This document shows, piece after piece, positions 49,410 through 60,900 of a stretch of DNA of 64,000 nt. The position numbers and the translations under genes are program-made. The stretch is from Bdellovibrionota bacterium. Lineage in GTDB: Bacteria; Bdellovibrionota_C; UBA2361; CALJRW01. Positions within the stretch are counted from its first letter, which is position 1. Each line of letters begins with the position of its first letter. Below the pieces are notes generated by a model. The model did not search any database and was not told the origin of the DNA. It saw nothing but the letters and a program-made list of their open reading frames with translations. The DNA lies in contig JBGSMD010000051.1 of assembly GCA_041740355.1 (NCBI GenBank), positions 1 to 64,000 of the forward strand, read 5' to 3'.

Positions 49410-50207
49410 TCAGTCCTGTCTAGTTAGATCTTGAATAGGTTCCTTTAAACTACCTAGTTTAAATTGATGCCAATGCTCAAACTCATTATCTTCATTTGGC
49501 CCCAAGCAAATTAATTCCTTATTAAGATTTGGAAAAAGTTTTGTTATAAGATCGATCTTAATTGGTTTTTCGGTGATCGACGCACTTGGGCAATCGGCCG
49601 ACTTAACTCGAAAATCACTAATTCCACATCTTTGAAAATAATTTACGGCCACTCTTAGTAATCCACTTTGCCAGTTGGAATAGCGTTCACTCAAATTGCC
49701 ATTTTCAGATTTCTTAAGCTGATTCCAAACTCGGTCTAGTGAATATTTAACAGACGATTGCAAATGTAGCAGAGTTCCAACACCTTCTTTCAAATCAACT
49801 TTAAATCCTAAAGTACCGACTGATCCGGGATATGTGTCAGCTGGTCCTCCCCACCTAGAATGCCTGCCTGCCATATAATAAATACCGGCATCTTCCGGTC
49901 TAGGGAAGAAGACTAGCGTAAATTCAATCACTTTTTCTGAGCTAGGCTGAGTGCTAACGGCAATAGTTGCTCCACGTTTGGCTAATACAATCAACTGCAA
50001 TTCAGAATCTTTGGGAGGTTTTAAATAAACAGTCTGACCAGAAGCAATCTTTCCAACTAGCCCTTTCACAATTTCTGCTTTGGCGGGTAGCCAAACTGGA
50101 GATTTATGAAATTCCGCCAAAGAAAATATTTCCCCTTGAGGACTGGAAAAGCGGGGCAAATCACACTGAACAAACGCAGGCTGATTAGTCTTTGAGAGTA
50201 AATTCAT
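49410..50207 (-). CDS. Hypothetical protein
   Basis: 265 aa ORF, no recognised motif. Confidence 0.6.
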   Translation of the reverse strand: MNLLSKTNQPAFVQCDLPRFSSPQGEIFSLAEFHKSPVWLPAKAEIVKGLVGKIASGQTVYLKPPKDSELQLIVLAKRGATIAVSTQPSSEKVIEFTLVFFPRPEDAGIYYMAGRHSRWGGPADTYPGSVGTLGFKVDLKEGVGTLLHLQSSVKYSLDRVWNQLKKSENGNLSERYSNWQSGLLRVAVNYFQRCGISDFRVKSADCPSASITEKPIKIDLITKLFPNLNKELICLGPNEDNEFEHWHQFKLGSLKEPIQDLTRQD

Positions 50208-50235
50208 AAATAAGTTATGGAACCATCCACAAGAA

Positions 50236-51066
50236 GTGTCTTATAAAAAAGCACATTTACAGGGAGCTAAGCATAACTTTTCCATGGAATTATTAGATAA
50301 AACTGTATTTATTAGCCCGATTGGAACCTACTCCGAAGGATTTCGTGGCACTTTAACCGGTTATAGCTTCTCCCGAATTAAAACTGAATTTATTAGAGAC
50401 TTAAGTGAATTGCCCTTTACCTTGGGTTCTATCTTACACAGCGAAATTCCAATGAATAATCGAAGTGGAAATACTAGTGATATTGCTTATCTCGCCGAAA
50501 GAGTTATTGGTGAATGGCTAAAAAAACATGCGGAATATTCATTTCAACCTGATGCCCGCTATGTTTATCAATCAGCCAGTAAAAAAGATATGTGCATTTC
50601 TGCTAGAGCAAATGATTTTACAGTACTAGATGATGGATTGATTGTTAACGTGGAAGTAAAATATATTGCGAATGGCGGCGCCCCAAGAAGGACTCATCGT
50701 ATTCGTTCCGGCACGGAACAACTTAAAGCAACTTCTGAAATGATGGCGGTACTTTCTACGCAACTAGATCCAGAATCAGCTCCGTTAAAACCTGAAAACG
50801 TAATTGTAGTTATTCGCAAGAATCCAAGAGATAACCAACAGGTCAGAGATGGAGTTGTCAGTCGCCCACAAAGAATATTCAATGATTTGCTAGCAACTGC
50901 TCGAACTGACAACGAAGACAATCAAATGCCTCGATTAATTATGAGCTATCAAGATCTTGCTAGGATTTTTAAAAATCTTTATCCAGCGCATCAACCGAGC
51001 AAAGAATTTTCAGTGACAGAGGAATCCATGGCAGAGCTCCGTACCTTTATAGCCAAAAATAATTAG
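50236..51066 (+). CDS. Hypothetical protein, possible PD-(D/E)xK nuclease fold
   Basis: E...NDFTVLDDGLIVNVEVKY...QL pattern; start may be the ATG at about 50285. Confidence 0.55.
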   Translation: MSYKKAHLQGAKHNFSMELLDKTVFISPIGTYSEGFRGTLTGYSFSRIKTEFIRDLSELPFTLGSILHSEIPMNNRSGNTSDIAYLAERVIGEWLKKHAEYSFQPDARYVYQSASKKDMCISARANDFTVLDDGLIVNVEVKYIANGGAPRRTHRIRSGTEQLKATSEMMAVLSTQLDPESAPLKPENVIVVIRKNPRDNQQVRDGVVSRPQRIFNDLLATARTDNEDNQMPRLIMSYQDLARIFKNLYPAHQPSKEFSVTEESMAELRTFIAKNN

Positions 51067-52365
51067 CTATTCCATGATTGCGATGCGAACTTTTTTAGTT
51101 TTTAGTCGGGTATTATTTAATTGCTGAACTAACTTTTTGGCTTTGGCTTTAGGAACAGCCACAAATGCGGAATCTTGCTTTAACTCAATTACTCCTAACT
51201 CGGCATCGGTTAATTTTCCTTGTTTAATAAATAATCCGGCAATATCTCCCTTGGAAATTTTATCTTTTCGACCTCCGGAAATATATAGCGTCTCCCAAAG
51301 ACTAGCGACTGGCACTCCGGCGGAGGCAAGTACTTCTTCCTTTAGATTTTTAATATAATTAGGAAGTGCTTCTTCTTTGGTTTTAATTAAATATGCCGTG
51401 CCCTCGCAATTCATTCTTGCCGTTCGACCATTACGATGAATAAACTCGGCCTCTTTCATAGGCAATTGATAATGGATAATAAAATCAAGTGCTGGAACGT
51501 CAATCCCCCGAGCCGCTAAGTCTGTTGCAATTAAAAACTTTTGCGTTCCATTTCTAAATTTAATTAAAGCACGCTCGCGATCAATTTGTTCAAGACCACC
51601 ATAGAAGCTCGCATGGTCAATTTTATTTTTGTGTAAGTAATCACTTAGTAACTGAATCGTCTCTTTGAAGTTACAGAAAATTATTCCATTTCCATTTCCT
51701 ACATGTGCTAATAGTTTTATCAAAGTTGGTAACTTATTAACTGCTGATGTTACCACCATCTTCAGGCTTAGCTGATCTTTAACATCAGTGAGATAATTAA
51801 TAACTTTAGGTTCTTTAATTCCGACAAACCTAGGGAGTTGGGTGGCCATTGTGGCGGAGGTTAAAATCTTTTTCTTGAGGTGAAGTGCAGACACAATTTC
51901 TTTCATCTCGCTTTCAAAGCCAACTTCTAAAGATTTATCAAATTCGTCTAAGACTAAAGTTTTAATTTGATCAATCGGCATGGTTTTGCGACGAAAATGA
52001 TCGGCAACTCTTCCCGGTGTTCCAATTAAAATAGCTGGTGGAGTCTTAAGCTCCATTTTGTCTTTAGAACTAGATTTGCCACCATAAACAGAATTAATTT
52101 TGTAGCCACTACCAAGTTCTCGACTTACCTGTTCGATTTGAATTGCCAGCTCTCTGGATGGCACAAGAATTAATACTTGAGTCTCTTGGATCTTGGGATT
52201 AAGACTAGCGATCACTGGTAAAAGAAAAGCTAGAGTTTTGCCTGTTCCAGTTGGTGATAAAAGAACGATTTCTGAATGGGAACTAATCACCTCGCCTGCT
52301 TCTAACTGCATCGGGTTAAGCTCAGCAATGCCAAGTTTTTTTATAATTGCGGATTGGTCTTTCAT
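51067..52365 (-). CDS. DEAD-box RNA helicase with DbpA-type RNA-binding C-terminus
   Basis: SPTGTGKT, PSRELA, DEFD, SAT, HRNGRTAR, GGRKDKISKGDIAG. Confidence 0.93.
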   Translation of the reverse strand: MKDQSAIIKKLGIAELNPMQLEAGEVISSHSEIVLLSPTGTGKTLAFLLPVIASLNPKIQETQVLILVPSRELAIQIEQVSRELGSGYKINSVYGGKSSSKDKMELKTPPAILIGTPGRVADHFRRKTMPIDQIKTLVLDEFDKSLEVGFESEMKEIVSALHLKKKILTSATMATQLPRFVGIKEPKVINYLTDVKDQLSLKMVVTSAVNKLPTLIKLLAHVGNGNGIIFCNFKETIQLLSDYLHKNKIDHASFYGGLEQIDRERALIKFRNGTQKFLIATDLAARGIDVPALDFIIHYQLPMKEAEFIHRNGRTARMNCEGTAYLIKTKEEALPNYIKNLKEEVLASAGVPVASLWETLYISGGRKDKISKGDIAGLFIKQGKLTDAELGVIELKQDSAFVAVPKAKAKKLVQQLNNTRLKTKKVRIAIME

Positions 52366-52465
52366 TGATATATTAAATATTATTAGCTAGGTAATTTGAG
52401 GTACATTATTAACAGATTTTACTCTTATTGACTAAACTGGGCGAAAAGCCGACTGTTTAAGGTTT

Positions 52466-52666
52466 ATGTTAAGAAAAATTATTACTTTTCATCAAGATAG
52501 CGAAGAACACTGGGTGGCAGATTTAGATTGCGGGCATACGCAACATACTAGGCACCATCCTCCAATGTACAACAGAAGTTGGGTATTAACTTTAGAGGGC
52601 CGAGGCTCAAGGATTGGAACAGAATTAGATTGTCAAAGATGTGATGAAGAAACAACTTCCAATTAG
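52466..52666 (+). CDS. DUF3565 protein
   Basis: FHQDSEEHWVADLDCGHTQHTRHHPP...C..C. Confidence 0.85.
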   Translation: MLRKIITFHQDSEEHWVADLDCGHTQHTRHHPPMYNRSWVLTLEGRGSRIGTELDCQRCDEETTSN

Positions 52667-52680
52667 TAAAGTCAAACAAG

Positions 52681-53541
52681 CTAACTGAGGATATTTACTT
52701 TTTGATGCAGAGCTAAGATTGATCCGACGCCCGAAACAACTATGGCATTTTGTCCAAACATTACACCTCCTGACATCTTTCTAAAAGTTGCTAGTGTAGT
52801 AAGCGGCTCCCCACGTTCTGGAACAAGACTTGTTTGCTGATCAATAGTTGTTACTGAACACCTGGAACATGGTTTAGCAAATTGAATTACTGGGTCAGTA
52901 TCTAACTCTCCAAACTGCAGAGTTTTAATCTGATCTTCAAAAAAACCTTCTGCCCCACCTTTGATTACAATATTGGGTCGAAAGCGATCCATCTCCACTG
53001 GTAATTTTCCCTTGGAGACTAAGCGCTGATTCAAATTAACTAAGGATTCTTCTGTCGTCACAAGTAAGGGATAAGCATCTGCAAAATGTGTTGTTGCATT
53101 TTCTGACCCTAAGAATTCAGGATCGACTGGTCTTTTATAATCACTAGGAAATCTAACCAATAACAATCTTTGACCAACAGAATCTCCAAGCACACTAGTT
53201 AACCAAACACTTGCTTCAAGCCCTTCAGAAATTCCGATAGCTGGCTTGCGATGAATAACGATCTCTCTCAACTCTCCAGAAAGATTTTCCGCAAGTGGGA
53301 TGTGCAGATCCCCCATACCCTTTGCCGAAAGAATTAATTCCGAGCTACTTAGGGCAGTAGTAATAAGTGCCATCTCGGCAATTTTTCTTTGTGTGACAAA
53401 TTCTCCACCTTCTGTAACAACCATCCAGTGTCGATCATATTTAAGCCCTGTATCTAATATCTCTACCTTAGGAAGACTAATTCCAGCCAAGGATTTCACT
53501 GGATAAATCTTTAATTCGGTAATTTCTAATTGAGTAGACAT
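52681..53541 (-). CDS. MOSC-domain protein (YcbX-like)
   Basis: IYPVKSLAG, DRHWM, FADAYP, RFRPNIV, PCSRC, FGQN. Confidence 0.93.
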   Translation of the reverse strand: MSTQLEITELKIYPVKSLAGISLPKVEILDTGLKYDRHWMVVTEGGEFVTQRKIAEMALITTALSSSELILSAKGMGDLHIPLAENLSGELREIVIHRKPAIGISEGLEASVWLTSVLGDSVGQRLLLVRFPSDYKRPVDPEFLGSENATTHFADAYPLLVTTEESLVNLNQRLVSKGKLPVEMDRFRPNIVIKGGAEGFFEDQIKTLQFGELDTDPVIQFAKPCSRCSVTTIDQQTSLVPERGEPLTTLATFRKMSGGVMFGQNAIVVSGVGSILALHQKVNILS

Positions 53542-53588
53542 AATTAGAATAATTATACGAGATTCATACTGCTAATCAAATAACAAAG

Positions 53589-53838
53589 ATATACTAAAAC
53601 CCATTAGGTTTTACTTAACTGCTTGGAAAAATGCATCCTACTTCGATGAAGCTTCGAAGGATAAGTATTGCATTTTTAGTTTATTGGGGTTTTAGTATAT
53701 TTGTCCTCCCCAGTAATTAACCTTATTTTATAAGGTTAATTACCTTTGCGACCCCCGAAGGGTCGCAGCAAGCACTTCGTGCTTGATATACTAGGCAACT
53801 AAATTTGAAAGAGTAATTTTCAATGTTGCCTAGTATAT
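53589..53838. repeat. Intergenic cluster of five hairpins, two with ATATACTA...TAGTATAT ends (MITE/REP-like)
   Basis: Stems at 53589-53700, 53713-53743, 53747-53767, 53769-53785 and 53786-53838. Confidence 0.75.
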
Positions 53839-53849
53839 ATAAAATTAAT

Positions 53850-54473
53850 TTATTGACTTATGGCACTTCCAGTTACAGCCCAAGTACCTGAAGAAACAAC
53901 ACTACCAGCAGCTATTGAAGTAGCACGAATTTCAGCTCCAAATTTAGTCGCTGCATTAGTTCCAACTATAAATAGAGTAGAAAAATTGCGAGCCGTAAGT
54001 GAATCTGCAGTTTTATTACTTGCAATTACAAATGGAACAGTACTTCCGCCATCATTTCCCTCATAGATACAAAGAACTCCAGGTATCGCAGTTGGTGCAG
54101 AAGCGGTTCCTGTACAGTTAGAAGTTCTTGGATCGTCTTTTTCCAATACTTCAACAACTGGTGCTTCATCAAGTGCTATTTGAAAATCAATTTCCGATCT
54201 AAAGATCTGACTACCAGCAGTAGCTGTGCCACCAAGAGCATAAAAGCCAGTAATGGTTTCTCCACTAGGCAATGAAGTCTTAACTGGTTCAGCAGGAATT
54301 GCTAACTCAAATTGCTTTGGAGAACATTCATCTGTAGTAAAACGAATTGCCTTAACCATGTTGACTCTACCTGCAGCAGTAACTCTTGGTTTTTTCACAA
54401 CACAAATTCTTTCTGCTGATACAGAACCGACAAATAAAAAACAGCTTAAAATTAATAATGTATAACGCATCAT
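53850..54473 (-). CDS. Secreted hypothetical protein
   Basis: Signal peptide; LPSGETITG...NCTGTASAPTAIPGVLCIYE. Confidence 0.75.
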   Translation of the reverse strand: MMRYTLLILSCFLFVGSVSAERICVVKKPRVTAAGRVNMVKAIRFTTDECSPKQFELAIPAEPVKTSLPSGETITGFYALGGTATAGSQIFRSEIDFQIALDEAPVVEVLEKDDPRTSNCTGTASAPTAIPGVLCIYEGNDGGSTVPFVIASNKTADSLTARNFSTLFIVGTNAATKFGAEIRATSIAAGSVVSSGTWAVTGSAISQ

Positions 54474-54957
54474 ATTTCCTTTAATATAAATTTGACTCTA
54501 AGTTAGCACCTTATAGACCTCAGATAAATATAAATTAAATAAAGACAGGAGATTAATAATCAGATCATTAAGCTTTGACCAAAAAACTATCCTGATATGA
54601 CTATATAATGATACTCCTCGACAAAATTAGATCAAAAGCATTTAGCTTTGATCAAGCTATTTCAGCAAAAATAAATGTCTCAGAATTATTTTAAGTCAGA
54701 CAGTAATTCTAGCTGATCAAGATCATACCTTCCAATTTGATTATGTAAATATATCTAATAGGTAAAACAAGGCATCCGTGCTAATGTACAGACTGAATTA
54801 ACATTTCTAAATTGTTTACCAAAAACAGTACCGAAAACTTTTTGGATTCAAACTGTTAAGATTCAGAGTTTATATAAGACTAGTTTCAAATCATTAGCAC
54901 TTGATTGGTTACTGAAGTATTGAGCACAATTAAGTGAGCGATTCTTAGGAGTTAAAA

Positions 54958-57900
54958 TTGCAAAATGATACTAAGAAACAAATGCATGAGGATTTTCTCT
55001 CCGCAGAAACACCTTTATTCGAAATATCTGCAGGACTAAATTCCAACTACAGAGCAGATCGCCCACTTAGATCTGATGTCCTTTCCAAGGAAGAACTAAT
55101 CCAGTTCGCAGCAAATCTCGCTGATGGACATGAAATAGTTTTTTTTCATAAGGAAATTGCCAATATCTATCCACGCTTTGAGGATAATGCCCGAGTCCTA
55201 GAAGAATCTTATTTTATTCTAGCGAAAGGATTAAAAGAGAATTCACGGCTCTCCCCCGCGGGAGAATGGTTTCTAGATAATTATCACGTCATCGAACAGC
55301 ATATTCGTGAAATTCGTAAATTACTTCCAAAGAAGTATTATCGCAGCTTACCAGTCATAAAAAATAATAAAACTAAGCATAATAATCCTAAACCCAGAAT
55401 TTATATTTTAGTTTTAGCGCTCGTTGCTCATAGTGATTCTGTTGTGGACTCAGATTTACTATCGGCATTTATAAGCTCTTATCAGGAGAAGCTAGCTCTA
55501 ACGATCGGAGAACTCTGGGCATTGCCAATCATGCTGAGGCTAGCCTTAATAGAAAACTTACGGCGATTAGCGATCAGTGACTTAAAAGTTCAAGACGCCG
55601 AAAGAAAGATGCAAGGAATCATCGACAGTATTATCCATGAAGGACTTGAGAGCCCCACTCAAATTCTTTTGGAGTTGGCTGGCGCAATTAAAGCACAGGG
55701 CACCCTTTCCTCGTCAGATAGTGCTTCTTTAATCAGACAACTACGCGAAGCTGGACCCCAAACGGCCTTGGCGCTCAACTGGTTTGAGCAATGGTTAACT
55801 GAAAAGGGTCAGAACATAGATGAGCTTTTAGGAGAAGAATGGTTTAGTAAGGCTGCCAATCAGATATCTATCGGGAATAGTTTTACCTCTTTGAAGTCAA
55901 TCCTTCTAATTAACTGGAAGAAGTGGGTTGAAAAAAATAGTTTAGTAGATGAAATTTTAAAACAGGATCCAGCAGATATTTATTTTCGTTGTGATTTTGA
56001 AACTCGTAATCGTTATCGCTCCAAGATTGAGGGTTTGGCTCGTTCTTTAAAATGCTCTGAGATTGAAGTTGCCGAACGTTTAATTTCTTTTATCAGATCT
56101 AAAGAGCTTGAAATTACTGAGTCCTTAAAGGAAACTGACAAAGCCTCAGAAAAATATTTACACGTTGGATTTTATTTAATCGATGATGGCCTACAAAGCT
56201 TTGAACAATATTTGGGATTCTATTCAAAGTATCAAGCAATAACAAAAATTTTAAGTAAACGAGCCTTTGGACTTTACCAATATTCAGTTTTGTTGCTGAT
56301 TTTGACTTTCTTATTTGTCTGCATTTTTTATCTAAGTGATCTACAAGCCTCGCTCTGGTCAATTTCACTTTTAGGATTGTTACTTTTTATTCCAATTAGC
56401 GATCTGGCAATTAGTGTCATGAATTGGTCATTAACACATTTAGTACCGCCAAACGTTTTAGTTAAACTAGACTATTCTTCTGGTGTGCCTGAAAAATCTA
56501 AGACCCTAGTTGTTGTTCATACAATTTTTAGTAACAAAGTAAGTATTGCGAGCCAGGTGGAATTCTTGGAAGTTAGATATTTAGCCAACACTGACCCACA
56601 AATTGATTTTGCAATCCTTGCTGACTATGGGGAATCTTCTACTGAAGTAAAGGAAGAAGATCAAGATTTATTAGATTACGCCATCCAAAAGATTGCTGAA
56701 CTTAATAATAAATATTCTCCAGAACAAACTAAGTTTTTTCTTTTAACTAGAAAACGTGTTTGGAATACTTCCCAAAATAAATTTTTGGGATGGGAAAGAA
56801 AGCGTGGGAAGATTACGGAATTAAACTTACTTATTACCGGTGACCAACAAACAACTTTTATTGTTAACGTTGGAACAGCAGAATTGTTAAGGAAAATAAA
56901 GTATGTATTAACTTTAGACACTGACACCAGCTTACCTCATGGCACGGCACATCGCCTGATCGGAACCTTAGCTCATCCTTTAAATTTTGCTGAATTTGAT
57001 TCGAAGCTTGGCATTGTGACTAAAGGTTATGGGATCTTACAACCCCGTGTTGATATTTCTTTAACTAGCAGTTTGGCATCAAGATTTTCCAAGATCTTTG
57101 CTGGAGAGGGCGGAGTTGATCCATACACCATGGCAGTTTCCGATCTTTATCAGGATTTATTTTGCGAAGGTTCTTTTGTTGGTAAGGGCATTTATAATGT
57201 AGAAGTCTTTGAAAAAGCTTTAGCTGGAAGGGTTCCCGAGAATGCCATTCTAAGTCACGATCTTTTTGAAGGATTATTTGCGCGAGTTGGACTTGTAACA
57301 GATGTGGAACTATTCGATGAATTCCCTAAAGCATATCAATCGTTTGCCAGACGTCAGCATCGATGGGTTCGGGGAGATTGGCAATTACTTCCTTGGATGT
57401 TCAGAAAAATTCCCAATGAGAAGCGCGAGCTAGTCAGATCTCCACTTAATGGACTGGGGTATTGGAAGCTTATTGATAACCTAAGACGAAGCTTAATGGC
57501 ACCAAGTTGTCTGGCTTTATTACTACTCTCATGGTTCCTAAACTTTGGAGATCCACTCACTGTTACCGCTTTAATTTTGCTAGTTATTTCATTTCCAGTT
57601 TATGCCTCGCTAGCCAACACGGTAGTGTCTCCGCCAATCGGATTATCTCTCAGTGGTTACTTAAAGGATTTATTTAAAGGAGTGCTGCAGAATTTACTGC
57701 AAGTACTAATTATCTTTAGCACTCTTCCTGTCCAGGCTTGGTCGATGGTCAATGCTATTTCACTGACAGTTTTCCGACTTTATGTGTCTCGTAAAAATTT
57801 ATTAGACTGGGAAACTGCCAGTCAAGCCGATGCTAGATTGAAGTCGGGATTTCTTGCAACAATCTTTCAATTATTCCCGGCTATTTTTACTGGCATAGGA

Positions 57901-60900
57901 ACTTACTTTCTTTTGGAGATTAGTTTGTCTCCGAATCTAAATCAGGCACTTCCGGTGCTTTTACTTTGGACGCTTTCGCCTATCTTAATCTATTGGACTA
58001 GTTTCCCACCTAGAATTTTGAAATTTAAATTGTCAAAAGATGATTCCCTTCGACTCAACCAGTTTGCCTTGGAGAGCTGGAAGTTTTTTGAGCAACTTGC
58101 TAACGAGGAAAGTAATTTTCTAATACCAGACAATATTCAGTTGTACCCCCAGAAGGTTACAGCCTTTAGGACTTCGCCGACCAATATTGGACTGCACTAT
58201 TTGAGTATTATTACAGCTGTCGACTTAGGTTTAATCACTCTACCTAATGCTGTTTATAAATTAACCAAGTCACTCGAAACATTGAATCAATTAGAACGCT
58301 TTAATGGCCACTTCTTTAACTGGTATGATCTAAAAACTCTGATTCCCCTGGAACCCAGATACATCTCAACAGTTGATAGTGGTAACCTTGTTGGAAATTT
58401 AATTGTTTTAAAAAGTGCCTGTAACGAACTCTATCAACAGCCGATCGTTTCAGTAGTAAGACTAAGTAAACTTAAGCAGCTAATTAATAATGTCAGACAT
58501 CAGCAGTCAGAAATTAAAACATTTGCAGAGCTGTTTAACTTTTTCGATCAGATTGAACCGCTTCGGATAAATTATACGGAAGATGTTGGTGAGCTCTCCA
58601 GTGAAATGCTAGAAACAATCCATTCTGTTTTAGAATTTCAAAAACTCGCCCCATTACTTAATGGATTAAAAGAGTTCCTAAAAATCGCCGATAGTCTAAA
58701 TGACTCGGCAATTCATTTGGCGGAAAAATTAAAACTTAGCCCAATCTCAAGTCTGAAAGACCTCGTTCCAACTTATCAGCAGATAATTTTAGAAATCGAA
58801 AAATTTAATAATCAAAACTTAAAATTTTCCCTACAGGAGAGCCTGGATAACTGTCTGTTCCAAATTCAGCAGATAGAATTTATCCAAGAAGTTTGTACTA
58901 AATTAATTAGTGAGATTGATTTCCAATTTTTATACGATAAAACGAAAAAGCTTTTCTATATCGGATATCAGGTCTCAGAAGGTAAGTTTGATACATCTTA
59001 CTATGATCTGCTAGCTTCAGAATCTAGACTGGCATCTTTAATTGCCATTGCCAAGCGTGATGTCCCTCAAGAACATTGGTTTAGCCTTGAGCGACCACTT
59101 ACTAGAACAACTTCCGGAAAAGTATTGCTATCTTGGAGTGGTACGATGTTTGAGTATTTAATGCCAGTCTTATTAACTAAGAATTTTCCCAACACCTTAC
59201 TAAATGAAACTTATCGGGTGGTAGTGAATACCCAAAGGCAATATACCGCAGGTCTTGGAATTCCATGGGGAATCTCGGAATCTGCTTATGCGCGTGTTGA
59301 TTTTGAACATACCTATCAGTATCGAGCTTTTGGAGTCTCGGGACTAGGATTAAAACGTGGATTAGCAGAGGATCTAGTAATTTCTCCATATTCTACTTTT
59401 CTTTCCCTTCAAATAAATCCTCAGGCAGCTCTTACAAATCTAGCAATGCTCGAAGCATCTGGCCTAAGAGGCGAATTTGGATTTTACGAAGCAATTGACT
59501 ACACGCCCGATCGTTTAAATCAAAAGGAATCAGGGCACGTAATTAAATCTTTCATGGCACATCATCAAGGTATGAGCCTGCTGGCAATCAATAACTTGCT
59601 AAATAATAACATCATGCAAGAAAGGTTTCATAGCGATCCACTAATTAAGTCGGTCGAGTTATTGCTCCAAGAAAAGTTCCCCGAACGAAGTCCAATAACA
59701 ATTCCCCATCAAGCTGAAATTGGAAAATTGAAAAATGATGATCATCTCTTAACAACAGATCTTAGTGAGCTAATCACAACACCTCACACCGTTTTACCTA
59801 GAACTAGAATTCTCTCCAATGGTTATTACAATTTGATGATTGATAATGCCGGAAGTGGTTATAGCTTTTTGCCTGAGAATTATGCTTTAACTAGATGGCA
59901 AGAAGATTCGCTAAGAAATTATCATGGGAATTATATTTTCATTAAGGATCTTCACAGTAAAAAAATCTGGTCAACAAGCTATCAACCTACCAGGAAGGAA
60001 CCTGAAATTTATGAAGTAATATTTAATGCCGATAAGATTGAATTTAAACGGCGTGACTATGACATTTTTCTACACACCGAGATTACTATATCCCCTGAGG
60101 ACCACACTGAAATTAGAAAAGTTACAATCACCAACTTGTCACGTCGTCGTCGAAATCTGCAGTTAACAAGCTTCTCTGAGATTGTACTTAATCGCATAAA
60201 TGCTGACGAGGTCCATCCTGCTTATTCTAAACTTTTTATTGAAAGTGAGCTTGTTGAGGATTTAGATGCCTTAGTTTTTAAACGGCGCAAGCATGCTCCG
60301 AACGAGCCTGACCTATACTTTTTGCACATGCTTAGTATGAACCAAGTCTGGGGTCCAACTGAATATGAAACAAATCGTGAAGCATTTGTGGGACGAGGAC
60401 GAAACAATAATACTCCTATGATTTTTGACAATGATGAACCACTAAGTGGTAAAACTGGAAATGTACTTGACCCGATTGCCAGCTTACGAACTCGCGTGGA
60501 GATTGAACCAAATAAATCGGAGACAGTGACTTTCTTAAATATTATTGGTCGAACCAAAGAAGATGTTGTCTCCCTTGCCCATCGCTACCAAGACCCTCGT
60601 AGCATTAAGCGTTCTTTTGAAATGGCCTGGAGTAAAAGTAATATTGAATTTCGTACTGCGCAAGTATCGGTTAAACGAACTCATTTATTTCAACACTTAG
60701 CCAACGCCTTATTCTTTCAACATTATAAATTTAGAGCTGAGTCCATAATAATAGCCAAGAATCGTTTAGTTCAAGCCAACCTATGGCGCTTTGGAATTTC
60801 GGGCGACTTGCCGATAGTTTTAGTTAAGATTGGTGACAGTTCCCATTTAGAATTAGTTGCTGAACTACTTAATGCCCATAAGTATCTTGCTAATCGATCC

